Made by a program: the position numbers and the translations under genes
NCBI GenBank assembly: GCA_918797485.1
Contig: CAKKNE010000004.1
Span: forward strand, 2,666,001-2,730,000
Source of the DNA: Pelagomonas calceolata
Lineage: Eukaryota
Direction of reading: 5' to 3'
Length of the DNA stretch: 64,000 nt
Notes under the pieces: model-generated
Database searches by the model: none
The model's input: only the letters and a program-made list of their open reading frames with translations
What the model was told of the DNA's origin: nothing
Part shown: piece after piece, positions 43,098-54,168 of the stretch
How positions within the stretch are numbered: the stretch's first letter is position 1
Layout: each line of letters starts with the position of its first letter

Positions 43098-44563
43098 ATG
43101 GCCAAGGACGACCAGCTCCCCCCGAAGAAGGCCAAGAAGGGCGCCGCCGAGCCCAAGAAGTCGCGCGAGGGCGAGAAGAAGCCCAAGTGGACGCCCGAGG
43201 AGGACGACGCCCTCAAGGGCCTCGTCGACGAGCTCGGCTCCCGCGGCGCCTGGCCCCAGATCGCCCAGCGCCTCGGCACGGGCCGCAGCCCCGCGGCCGT
43301 CGAGCAGCACTGGCGCGGCGGCGGCGGCGAGGCGCCGAAGAAGCCGATCAAGGAGAAGAAGAAGGCCGGCCCCCGCGGGTCGCCGGGGCCCAAGCCCACG
43401 GGCTCCGTCAAGGTCAAGACGGCCGCGGGCCGCGTCTGCTACGTCCTCGAGAAGAAGCAGCGCGGCTACTTCGCCGTCCGTTTGCCAGTGTAGAAATGAC
43501 CTTGAACTTGGCGCGGTCTTCATGAAGACGTCTTCGCGAGGCCGCGACGGCGTCGACGCGGCTGTTTCGTGAGAGAGCCGCGCCGTCGCCTCGACGGCGT
43601 CGACATTGGGTCTACGCGTCTCGCGAGCGAGCCACGGCACGACGCTGTCGTTCGACGCAGGTGGAGATGGACGGCAAGGCCAACAAGGAGGGCGGCGCCT
43701 TCGAGCGCAAGTCGCTCCGCCGCCCGCAGTTCGCGCCGGGCCAAGATGCTCTGCTCGACAGCGCGCCGCCGTCCGACTCGTTGGCCCAGGCCTTCTCGAC
43801 GAACCCGGCGGCCATCCGGGCCCGCAAGGCCCGCGAGGAGTCCAGAGCCCAGCACGGCCCGCCCGTCAAGGGCCCGCAAGCTCCGGCCATTACCGGAAGA
43901 GTGCGAGTCGTCGCCACGACGAACGCGGCGTCGCCGGGCGTCGCCGCCCTGCACAACGGCCGCACGGGCGTCGTCACGAAAAGAGCCGCGGGCTGGATCG
44001 AGGTCCAGCTCGACGCGACGCGCGACAAGCCGTCGGAGACGATCCCGTGCCGCAAGCGCGACCTCGTCAAGGTCGACGAGGCCGGGAGAGCCCTCGAGAC
44101 GCCCCAGGGCCCGGCGCCCGCGCTCAAGCGCAAGCCGAAGAAGGAGTGGGCCGAGCGCGCGCGCCGCGAGGCCGGGATGAGAGGTGACGTCGAGGAAGAA
44201 GAAGAGGAGGCGCCGCGCGTCGTGCAGCGCGTCAAGCCGGCCAAGAAGAAGGACGGCGGGCCGCCGCTGACGACGGCGGAGAAGGCCGCGGTGCTCCACG
44301 CCATCGCCCAGCTCGACGGCAAGGCCACCCAGAAGAAGGTCCGCCGCGCGGCGGAGTCGGCGCTCGGCGCTCCCGAAGGCGCGCTCGACGAGAAGAAGGC
44401 GGCCGTCAAGGAGGTCTGCGAGGACGAGATGTCGAAGCAGGCTTCGGAAAGCGCTCCCAAGAAGCGCAAGGCCTCGGGCATGTCCGCCGAGGAGGCGCTC
44501 CGCGCCGAGCTCAAGGCCCTCAAGGCCGAGAACAAGAAGCTCAAGCGCGAGAAGCAGAAGTAG
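43098..44563 (+). CDS. Chromatin protein with a Myb/SANT domain and DEK-C-like C-terminal region; exons 43098-43475, 43661-44563
   Basis: KWTPEEDDALKGLV...WPQIAQRLGTGRS...EQHW; ATQKKVRRAAESALG...LDEKKAAVKE; 185-nt GT-AG intron. Confidence 0.75.
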
Positions 44564-44680
44564 GCGCGGCGCCCGGCTAAGAGACCCTTGTGCCCCCGAA
44601 TTTGACTCACTTGCCCGGGCCGTGTGGGATTGCTGTGGAGACGGTGTTGTTACGGTGCTAGGATGCTAGGACAATTTGGG

Positions 44681-45054
44681 CTAGGTTGGCATTAACCGGT
44701 TAATAACCGGTAATTTACCCATTATCACTCCTCGGAGGGGATTTGGGGTAAATAACCCGGTAAATTACCCGACGGGTTTTCGACTAAACCCGTTTAGTGC
44801 GATTAGCGAAAGACCCCTCCGGATGGGCGCAAGCAGCCCGTTGAGCTTTTGGATACGTACAGGTGCGCCAAGGCAAGTACCAAGTCATGTGGTCCGGCGC
44901 GGCCCAGGCCCGCGCCAGTGGCCCGCGAGGCCCCCTCCCCCTGCCCCTCTATAAGATCCCGGGGTAAATAACCCGTACTCACCGGTAATTACCCGGGTAA
45001 TTACCCCCGGCCGGCGCCTGGGGTAAATAACCCCTCAGGTAAATGCCAACCTAG
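44681..45054. mobile_element. Intergenic MITE (374 bp) with 17-bp TIRs and 8-bp TSD
   Basis: CTAGGTTGGCATTAACC...GGTAAATGCCAACCTAG (1 mismatch); TSD AATTTGGG at 44673-44680 and 45055-45062; internal GGGGTAAATAACCC at 44745, 44961 and 45020. Confidence 0.92.
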
Positions 45055-45418
45055 AATTTGGGGGGGAGACATCGCGCGTCGCCGATTCATCGGCGGCGGG
45101 CGCGTGGAGCACTGGAGGGAGACTCGTCGTAGAAACCGCGAAAACCCGTCCAAGGCCCTAGGGCTAGGTCCAGTTTGAGGGGGTACCGGCGCGCTTCCAC
45201 GCTTCGAGCTAGCGGCGTGTAGACACTAGCACAAGCCATCGCATTGTGACTCGAGCCTCTACAGCCCGTATTGCCCCAAAATAATCCGTATTCTGAATCT
45301 ACGGATTCGCTGCAGTCTCGGCTCAACGTGGAAGTCGATAGGAGGACGTAAAACCGACGTCTAGAGGACTCATCTCAGGAGGCCACTCACACGGCGACGC
45401 TGCTCCACACGCGCAGCG

Positions 45419-48400
45419 ATGGGCTCAGCGCTCTCCTTCCGCCGGAAGCGGCCCGAGCCCGACGACCCGAGCAGCTCCGAGGAAGAGCCGCGAGACGCGA
45501 AACGCGTCAAGGCGGCGCCGTACGTGTTGACCGTGCTGCAGTCGTCCGAGAGCGTGACGAAGGTGCTCGCCTACACGGGCGCCGGCTGCGTGCTAACGCT
45601 GGAGACGCTCTCCGCGACGACGCATGCGACGATTCGGGGCCTGAGCCTTGAATTCGAGGCCCCGACCACGTCGGACGCGCTGCGCTGGGGGCTGATCCTC
45701 GCGGACCGCGCGGAGCTATTCGCCCTGCGGCGGGCGGGCACGCTCCAGAAAGATCGCTTGGCCTTCAGCACGACGTACTGTAGCGAGCCGGTGACGGGCC
45801 GGAGCAGCGACGTGGAGCACCTGCGCGAGGGCGTCGTGCGATTCGCGAGCCCTCGCTTACCGGTCGCGATCACCACTGAAGATGCCCTCGTCGACATCGC
45901 GCTCTCGGAGGAGAATCTGGACGCGCACGCGCGGCTCCATCGAGGCCTGCTCTGCCAGGGCGTGGTGCGGCTCGACCTGACGGCGCAGAAAGGCGACCTG
46001 CTCGGCCTCCGGAACCAGGCCCGCTACGAGGGCGACAGTCGCTGCGGCGGCAACTGGCAGTCTCCGCGCGCTGGCGTGATCGACGACGAAGTGGCCGCGG
46101 AGCTGATGCAGGCGATGGCGCCGACGGGCGGGCCCGAGTCGCTGCCGCGGTGCCTGCGCGAGGCGGCGACGCGCGACTACGCGCGGCTCGCGAACCAGCC
46201 TATGCCCGACATCGATCGACTCTTCGACCAGGTCGCCGCCGCCTCGGCGCACCTCGACGCGGCGACGCTGGGCCGCATCAGCGCCGCGTTTTGCTGGCGC
46301 TTTATACTGGCGCCGCCCACCGTCGCCACATCAGGCTATGCCGACGAAAACGCATTCTACTCGGTGTGCCAAGAGGCCGGCGTCTCCTCGCGCGTCGCAC
46401 GCTCATTATGGCGCGACGCGCTGCGGGGAGCCCTGCTCCCGTTCATGCCTACATATGTCAAGTCGGACGACCTCAACGACATTCCGGAGCATTGTCTCGT
46501 GCGCACATGTGACACGGCACTGCTCGAGATGCACTTTTACTTCCGCAACCGCTGCTGCGCGCATGCCGTGATCGAGCGCTTCGGCGGCAGCGTCGAGGCC
46601 ATCTTCGCCCGCGAGAATGAGGAAGTTTTGTATCGCGAGCGCTACGCCATGCTGTTCGGGTGCAGCGGCTCGATCGCGCTCGAGGTCCTCCGCCGGCTCA
46701 AGTTGCATGGGGCGCCGGGCGCCTTCGACGCGGCGGTCGCGTGTCTCACGTCCGAGGAGCGGCTGCCGTGCCTCGCCGATGGCGATTCGGTGCACGTCGC
46801 GCCCGAGTGGAGCGATCTATCGATTCGCGTCCTCCCGTGGGAGCCCGCCCGGTTCGCGCGGACGTGGTTAGGGGGGGGCAACGCCATTGTCACGATGGAG
46901 CAGACGGGCCTGGAAGCCGATATTCCCCTGTTCGCGCTTAGACGCGGCTACGCGAGCGACGCCACGCCGGCGGCGGCGCGCGTTCTCTGCGCCGCCGCGG
47001 CCGAGGGCCAGAACGAGATTTTGTTGCGCTTGCTCCAGGCGGCGCCGGCGTTCAAGGAGCACGCGATCGGCTTCACTGCACCGCGGTTCGGCGACATGGG
47101 TTCGGCGCTCGATTACAGCATCGCCGCGGGGAACGTCGTCGGCGCGGCGCTGTTCATGGGCGCGGGGGCGGGGAAGGGCGGCTTGGTCGCGGCGGGAGGC
47201 GTGGTCCGCTTTACCTCGCGAGCTTGCCGTTCCGACAGGGCTTACCTCGCCCCGGAGAGGAGCCCGGAGCTGCGGGCCGACATGTCTGCGGCGATTGGGA
47301 TGGTCGCGGACCTGAACCATGATCGGCGGTGGCGCGCGCCCGACGTGAGCGTCATCGAACGCGCGGCTACCCGCGGCGACGACGCCGCCGTGCAAGTGGA
47401 GACTATGAAGGCGACCTTCGCCTTGCGTCTCGCAAATAGGCTGCCTCAGCGCTGGAGGAGCAGGTTCGAGGCTGCTAGGGCGCGCGTCCGGAAGGAGACG
47501 TTTCTGGCCACGCAAGCCGCGGCATGGGGAGGGCATGCTTCGACGGTCCGCAAGTTATTATCAATCCAAGACATCAGCGTGGTCGATGATACGGTCGACG
47601 TCGAAGCCGTTGACAGTAGAACGGCCACGCTCCAGTATGCGGTATTCCAGGGCCACGCCGAGTGCGTCGCGGCGGTCCTAGACGGCTGGGTCGAGGGGTC
47701 CGGCGCAAGAAGAGCGCTCCGCTGGGCCTTGGCGCGGGCCGTCATCTGTGGCCACGCCCACATCCTGCGCCACTTGCGGGAACGCGGCTACAGCCTCTAC
47801 ACGCCAAACGACACGCCTGAGTTGACGCCATTGGGCTACGCGGCGCGCTTCGGCCAGCCGGAAGCCTGCGCCGCGTTGTGCGAGTGCCCCGACGTCGCGA
47901 GAGCGCTGCAGGAGAACCGGGAGGACAACGCGATATTATCTGCCTGCGACGGCCACCACTCGTCCGTCCTCCGCGTGCTCCTGGAGACGGCGCGCCAGTC
48001 GTCGTCGGCACATTCGTGGGACGCGTTCGAAGTGTGCCCGTTGGTAGCTTGTGCCATGTCGGACGACATCGCGTCGATGGAAATACTCGTAGAGTATGAT
48101 TATCCCGTTAACCGTCACCGTGAAAGCTCCATTAATCCGCTATGCGTCGCCGCGACGAGGGGATTCCGTGGCATGGTCGAGTTGCTGCTCTTCCATGGTG
48201 CCAGCGCCGCCGGCGAGGGTCCGCTCGACACCGCGCTCTCCAGGTGCATGGGCACGAACATGATCGACTGCGCGAGCGTGCGCCACAGGATGGCGCAGCG
48301 AATCCTTCAGGAGCGGCCGGCGGAGGTTTCTGGGTCTCTCGGTATGTCCCTTATCCATGGCGTCGTGAGAAATGCTAAGCTCGAGACATTGATTATGCTT

Positions 48401-48775
48401 TTGGATGCGGGCGCCCACGTCGGCGCAGTGGTGGATAATAGCATGGTTGCGACTGGCGGCTGGACCCCGCTGCACTACGCGGTGTATTTCTGCGTCGAGT
48501 CGCACATGAAGGACGCGGACGCGACATACGGCGGCGCGAAGCGAAGCAACGCGGACGCCGTCGTGCGCCTGCTGATCGAACGAGGGGCGCCGCTCGACAT
48601 GCAGTCGCGGGAGAGCCACTCGCTGAACCCGCAGCGTGTGGTTGTTGGCGGGTCTACGCCCCGCGACATCGCGATCGCGTGCGAGAATGGCGACGTCGCC
48701 GTCGCTGTTGCTGCACTCATCGACCACGCAGTGGCGAAGAGGGATGCCGCGCGCGCGGCCCTCCTCGGCGCGTGA
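45419..48775 (+). CDS. Large ankyrin-repeat protein
   Basis: 1118-aa ORF; TPLGYAARFG, NPLCVAATRG, GWTPLHYAV; N-terminal bipartite NLS-like stretch. Confidence 0.8.
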   Translation: MGSALSFRRKRPEPDDPSSSEEEPRDAKRVKAAPYVLTVLQSSESVTKVLAYTGAGCVLTLETLSATTHATIRGLSLEFEAPTTSDALRWGLILADRAELFALRRAGTLQKDRLAFSTTYCSEPVTGRSSDVEHLREGVVRFASPRLPVAITTEDALVDIALSEENLDAHARLHRGLLCQGVVRLDLTAQKGDLLGLRNQARYEGDSRCGGNWQSPRAGVIDDEVAAELMQAMAPTGGPESLPRCLREAATRDYARLANQPMPDIDRLFDQVAAASAHLDAATLGRISAAFCWRFILAPPTVATSGYADENAFYSVCQEAGVSSRVARSLWRDALRGALLPFMPTYVKSDDLNDIPEHCLVRTCDTALLEMHFYFRNRCCAHAVIERFGGSVEAIFARENEEVLYRERYAMLFGCSGSIALEVLRRLKLHGAPGAFDAAVACLTSEERLPCLADGDSVHVAPEWSDLSIRVLPWEPARFARTWLGGGNAIVTMEQTGLEADIPLFALRRGYASDATPAAARVLCAAAAEGQNEILLRLLQAAPAFKEHAIGFTAPRFGDMGSALDYSIAAGNVVGAALFMGAGAGKGGLVAAGGVVRFTSRACRSDRAYLAPERSPELRADMSAAIGMVADLNHDRRWRAPDVSVIERAATRGDDAAVQVETMKATFALRLANRLPQRWRSRFEAARARVRKETFLATQAAAWGGHASTVRKLLSIQDISVVDDTVDVEAVDSRTATLQYAVFQGHAECVAAVLDGWVEGSGARRALRWALARAVICGHAHILRHLRERGYSLYTPNDTPELTPLGYAARFGQPEACAALCECPDVARALQENREDNAILSACDGHHSSVLRVLLETARQSSSAHSWDAFEVCPLVACAMSDDIASMEILVEYDYPVNRHRESSINPLCVAATRGFRGMVELLLFHGASAAGEGPLDTALSRCMGTNMIDCASVRHRMAQRILQERPAEVSGSLGMSLIHGVVRNAKLETLIMLLDAGAHVGAVVDNSMVATGGWTPLHYAVYFCVESHMKDADATYGGAKRSNADAVVRLLIERGAPLDMQSRESHSLNPQRVVVGGSTPRDIAIACENGDVAVAVAALIDHAVAKRDAARAALLGA

Positions 48776-48823
48776 CGACGTCCCTGGATCCTGTGATAAG
48801 ACCCCTCAAAATAATTAAGACTA

Positions 48824-51800
48824 CTAGGCGAGGATCGCGTCCACGTCGTGCGTCGCCCAGGCCGGCACCTCGCCCGCCTCGCCGTGGTTCTTGCCAGGCG
48901 CGTCGCCGTTCGTCCGCAAACAGACGCGCACGCGTCGGTGATGTAATTCGAGGATGTAGTAGTAGAGCTCCATGTCCCGCTTGTTGATGTCGTACAATAG
49001 CTCCAAATTGTGCGGCGACAGGGGCGCGGACTTCGATTTGCCGCCCTTGACCCTATCTTTTGGTACCGATTGATGCAAAGCGGGGAAATCCGTCTCGTCG
49101 GGATCGCGACCTGTGCGTAAATCAACCAGTGAGTTAGGTTATCGGTCGCGGGGACGACGTCGCGTCGATGGCGTAGGGTTCCCCGAAATGGATTTCCACA
49201 CAGACGGCGACTGGGATCCCCTTCAAAAAAGTCCGGCAGCAACAACCGAAACAACTGCGCCGTGTTTTCTAGGTCAGTCAAAATGCCAACATGAGCGTAG
49301 CGCTCCCGGACATTACGCTTCGCTATCTGCAGGGCCAGCTCCGGCCTGGAAGGGTCCCTACATTCCGGCCCGTGGCCGCAGAACCATCTCACCGTATAGT
49401 CGTGGCACTCGTCCGCGAGGAGCCGCATGGACTCGTTGTAGGATAACCTTTGAAAAATATCCCACTCCGTATCAGTAGCTCCTTCTTTTCGTTTTGGCAC
49501 GGGAAAGTCCTGGTACCTATGCTTCTCCGTCCTCGGATCCCAATTCCTAAAATCGCATCTACCGCCATCTAAACAAGCATCAAAATCCACCGCCGGGATT
49601 CGTTTCTTGTAGAACGCCTCGTAGTTGTACCTTGATATACATCTATCAATAGGATCCCGGATCAAGTTCACCAAGGCAACACCATCCGCATGTGTGGTCT
49701 CCACTCCTTCCGGGTAGTAGACGTGGCGCTGCGTCACGAACCGGGATTGCTTCCCATAATTTGCGAGGCGCGCCAAATATTTTTTCAGATCAGGAGCGTC
49801 GAGCCAGCGATGTTTGGCAACGTGGGGCGTCCACCACGTCACATCTGTAGAAGGTAGGTGGAACTTGTGCTTCGCCTGTGTGGTAATCAAAATTTCACGC
49901 CTGCTCGATGGCGTGGCGGCGTCGGTTCATCACCGCTCGACGGGGCCAGCACGGCCGCGTCATTGCCGAGAAATGGCGTAGTGCACCCGACACACTGGTT
50001 GATTTCCACACAGCGCAGAACCGTCTCGTTCAATTGGCCGCTCATCCACGACATGATCGACGCCGAACCAGATTTCGGGATGCGGTTATACAAGACGCCG
50101 CGGGGATGCTTCGGTTCACACAAAGGGTGCCACTTCGGCGCGTGGGACGACGGGTAGGCCCTCCTCAGCCTCTTCCTCTCGGCACTCGTCAAGACCTTGT
50201 GGACGCGCTTCGGCGGCTTCGGGGGTTTGGTATCGGGCGCCTTTTGTTGGGCGAGGTGGGCTCTTACTTTAGCCTTGTAGCGCTCCAGGACCTGCGACGT
50301 CGACGCGTCGCGGCGACGGCGTGGGGGGGCATCCACGAGACCTGATACGCCATCGACGCGACGCGCCGTCGAAGGCAGTGGACGCCGGACGCGTACCGAT
50401 AGCTCCGTCGAAGACAATGGCGGCGGCGTCGGCGGGTGCTCCTCCTCGACGACGACGGGCTTCACGTCGCACTTTCGCGTTTTCACGCGCGTCCGAGGGA
50501 TGATGCGATTCGAAGGGCACGTCGACCACGCCTCCAGGAAGTTGCAGAGGGCCTCCCACGTCTTTTTTGGAGGCGCCGTGTCCAGATCTTGTAGAACGAG
50601 CAATCGATGCGCCTCGTTTCTAGATGCGAAGAAGGCCACTATATCTGTATTTCGCTGTTCATACGCCTGAATCCACGCCTCCCGATCCAGCGGACCGAGG
50701 CCGTTCGCTCTCTCGTAGGAAGTACGCTGCTTGACTGTAGAACAAGAGAGCTCCCGCTCGACATCGTCCCACCACGCCGATGAATCTCGCACGGTCAGCA
50801 CGAAGCGCGCCCGCGGGTAACGCATAGCCAACTCCTCATACAACGACCCGGCGTTCCAGGGCGCGTCGTAGAACGTCCTGTAGTCATGAGCTATTTCTAG
50901 AGCTTTGGTACTGTCTAAGCTTCTAGCATAATCATCAAACGCAGTCAAGCGGGCTTTGACGTCGCACCTCGGCTCCAGTTTCAACGCATCCAGCATCATC
51001 GCTATGCGCTCACCGCCCGCTTTGGAAGCCGACAGTGCAAAAGTTTTGAAGGACAGGTCGTGTTTTTGGGGTTTGTGGACTAACGCACAGCCCGCGTCAC
51101 AAGACACGACATCGGAAATCTTCGAGCGGCAGAACAAATCCGAAGCGAGGTCCGCATGGTTTAAGGATACACTTTCAACGGCTCTCCTGAGAGCGATGGT
51201 CAACGACGGCTGGTCCCGCGATTCGCCAGTACGCTCGTACAACCTCATGAACGCGTCCACATAGAACCCCAGGAATTGCTGAGTACGAGGCGACGTACTA
51301 TCGAGAACGATCAGCGCGGAGTTGTGTTCTAGTTTGAGATGGTCTCGATGTGATTCCTGGCCGTCGAATTTATTGGTCAGTGCGACATCCACGCCGTTGC
51401 CCACTAAGAGTAATCTCTCTAGGAACGAAGCAGAACAAGGTCTGCTATCAAAGTCCATGAAGATCGTTGTACTGAAAGGACTTGAGGCCATCGCGTGGAC
51501 CTTGACCAACTTGGCTCTTGTTTTCAGCGGTAGCCTTTTGGTTGTAACGAGGGACCAGTCCTCGTACAGTAAAATGCGATCAAAAAAATTCGATAGGGTC
51601 TCCTTTTCTGTACTCGTAAGTTCATTGACCAGGACGCGTTCCGTGAAGAGTGCGAAGCCGTGCTTTCTCACTGACGCGTGGGCGCCTCGCGCGTCGGCGA
51701 TCCCTAATTGTTTGAGGTAGTCCACCGTCGGTAAAACCTCCCTTCTCACAAATTCCGGCGAGCCGGCCGCCGCGTACATGACACCAACGCCCTCTCTATG

Positions 51801-51953
51801 TATGGCGCGCTGCTGGATATGGCTTTTGACAAGTTTCTTGTAGACGTGTTCTCGGTCCGCATCCCAGGTGTCCGCGTCTTTGACGTCGTTGGCACTGATG
51901 CGCTCCGCGGCGACGGCGTACGCTAGCAGCAGCAATTTTTGCATGGCTGCCAT
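48824..51953 (-). CDS. Secretory-pathway fusion of a glycosyltransferase-like domain and two sulfotransferase domains; exons 51953-50397, 50291-50022, 49875-49212, 49110-48824
   Basis: Signal peptide; KVHAMASSPFSTTIFMDFD (DxD)...RDQPSL; YDAPW...YPRARFVLTVRD; YNRIPKSGSAS...NLIRDPIDRCISRYNY...NKRDMELY. Spliced total 2778 nt, in frame. Confidence 0.75.
49111..49203. mobile_element. Introner element forming intron 49111-49211
   Basis: TIRs CTGTGCGTAAATCAA / TGGATTTCCACACAG; TSD ATCGCGAC / ACGGCGAC (6/8). Confidence 0.9.
49876..50013. mobile_element. Introner element forming intron 49876-50021
   Basis: TIRs CTGTGTGGTAATCAA / TTGATTTCCACACAG; internally similar to the 24287 copy; donor 8 nt outside the TIR; flanks match 3/8. 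Confidence 0.88.
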
Positions 51954-52267
51954 ATGCCTGCTTTGCGCAGCCTTGGAGCTGAAAGCAGCGTTACGGGCAA
52001 TGCATTGCGGTCAGGTTCGGCCAACCAAGGCGTTCAGATGGCAGCGGTATGGAGCGATTGGCCCGAGGACGCGCCGCATAAATTTTCAGTCCTAGAGTGT
52101 CTGTCTCGCTAAGCGCGACTGCAGAGCAAAATCGGCGGTGCGAGCCTCAACGGCCCGCAGGCGTGCTGCCGACCCAATCACGATTCGCATCGATCACTGA
52201 TTCGACGCTACAGCCGAACAAGCCACGCGAGAAGGGGTCCTGTGTGCGCTGCACGCGGCACTTCACA

Positions 52268-53812
52268 ATGCCGGTCTTCTGGCGCATAGCACTGCTCTAC
52301 GCCACAACCGCGGCCCTGCGACCCCCACTAACAAGTCGCCGCGCATCAATAAAACGCTACGAATCCCTCTTCGACGTCGCCGTCGACGCGACGCCCGCCG
52401 CGCAGCTCGCCGTGTGGCTTGAAGGCTGGCAATGCGCGAGCGACCCGCAGTTCCCCGTCGAAACAACCATCCAAGACGGCGCATTGCGGCTGCGGTACGC
52501 GGCGATGCCGTCGCACGGCGTCGATGTCATTGCGAGGCCGCCCGGCGCCGACGCGCCTACGACGAGATTGGTGGTCGAGCGCATCGGCGGCCCGGCGCCG
52601 TCGACGATTAACAGTTTACTGCGGAGCGCCGAAGATCGCATACTCGACGGTCTACGCCATGATCTGGAGCGGGACTTTGGTGCGTCATTGTTAAGGCCGC
52701 CCCCGGCACAACCACAACCACGCCAAAACCAGAAGATGCCCGACACGCTATATGATGGTACTTATGGAGACGCCTTCGAGCAGGAGGTCATCGACCTCGT
52801 CGAACCCAGTACTGAAGAGGACGAGAGCATCAGGAGTATGTTTGCTGAGGGCGAAAAGCTGGCCAGGAGGGCCGCCGGGTTGCCAGAAGACGACGCGTTG
52901 GACGTCGTCGAAGCGAATGGCGAGGCCCAGTTCGAGGTGCGGCTCGATCCTGGGATGAAGGGTGGCATCGACCTATTTGCGCCACCACCACAGATAGCCG
53001 GTGTGAGTGCACCGGTGCTAGACTTTGCAGATGTAGACGTATCACCTGAAGTATCAGCGCGTTTTGGCGTGCTGTTGCGGGAACTCCGGTTATCAGAAGA
53101 CCCGCAGTTGATTTTAGACGCCTACCGAGACGTGTTGCTAGACGACGCGTTTCCACTCTTAGCGAGGAAGGCCGTCACGGACGACGTGGAGAACTCCGAA
53201 GCTGTTGAAATATTAAATAAGGAGGCCCTCAAGCTAGCTACACAACTCGCGGAGATCGCGGCGGCCGCCGAAAAACAACATCTTGAAACCATAAGATTAT
53301 TGTGCGAAGCTGCCCGAGATCGGGGCGACGCTGGACTAAGGCAGGCCGCCCAGACGCACCGCGCGCGACTCGATGATGATTTTGTCGCATATATAAAACA
53401 CTCTGTGGCTGTGGAGGCGTCATCGCTAAGACAGCGCGGTGTGAGTGATCCAAGTAGGGAGCCGTCGGAGTGGCTCGCGGTGCTCGATGCCGTGCGCAAG
53501 GCCACGATTGCCGAACGGGGCAAGGACGTCCGGGCCGACGTCGAGATCGTGGAGTCTATATTAGCGTTGAATAATGCGGACGCGCGGAAGGAGTTATTGC
53601 GCTTGCACGTCGAGAGGTTGTCGCGGCAGCCGGGGCGCATGCGGGCCTTTTCGTCGGTGGTGGCGAACATCTGCGACAACTTGCTGGACGAAGACGCGGA
53701 GACGAGGCCGCCTCCAGAATTAGTGGAGAAGCTCGGCGATTTGCGTTCTGGTTTGATGGCTCTTGCTCCCGCCGTGGCGGATAGCGCCGGGGGTTGGATG
53801 GCGGAGGGGTAA
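52268..53812 (+). CDS. Hypothetical, probably plastid-targeted helical protein
   Basis: Leader MPVFWRIALLYATTAALRPP; long uninterrupted ORF. Confidence 0.6.
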   Translation: MPVFWRIALLYATTAALRPPLTSRRASIKRYESLFDVAVDATPAAQLAVWLEGWQCASDPQFPVETTIQDGALRLRYAAMPSHGVDVIARPPGADAPTTRLVVERIGGPAPSTINSLLRSAEDRILDGLRHDLERDFGASLLRPPPAQPQPRQNQKMPDTLYDGTYGDAFEQEVIDLVEPSTEEDESIRSMFAEGEKLARRAAGLPEDDALDVVEANGEAQFEVRLDPGMKGGIDLFAPPPQIAGVSAPVLDFADVDVSPEVSARFGVLLRELRLSEDPQLILDAYRDVLLDDAFPLLARKAVTDDVENSEAVEILNKEALKLATQLAEIAAAAEKQHLETIRLLCEAARDRGDAGLRQAAQTHRARLDDDFVAYIKHSVAVEASSLRQRGVSDPSREPSEWLAVLDAVRKATIAERGKDVRADVEIVESILALNNADARKELLRLHVERLSRQPGRMRAFSSVVANICDNLLDEDAETRPPPELVEKLGDLRSGLMALAPAVADSAGGWMAEG

Positions 53813-54168
53813 TATTGTGTTTATTATTTCGTGTGTTCGTCGGCGCGGCGGCGACGGCGTGGGTGTTCCGCACAGCGAAACCCGCCGCTCGGAGAGCATG
53901 GGTGCGACGCCTCCACGAATGTGTGGAGCACACTTCTGCGAGTCCGCTCGGGCTAGTGTGTTGCTCTCACGCTAGACGAAGGGCACTCTGCTTTTGGAGG
54001 CGACATCTCAACAGCGAGGCATTGGCGTCACCGCAGCGCTCGCGCAGCACATCAAATTGCTCTTGGCAAGACCTCCACCGCGCACGAGGCAAGGAAATCC
54101 ATCACTCGCCGCGTACGCGACGAGACAAGTTGCCTCACAAAAACAGCTAATCACACCACACAACCACG

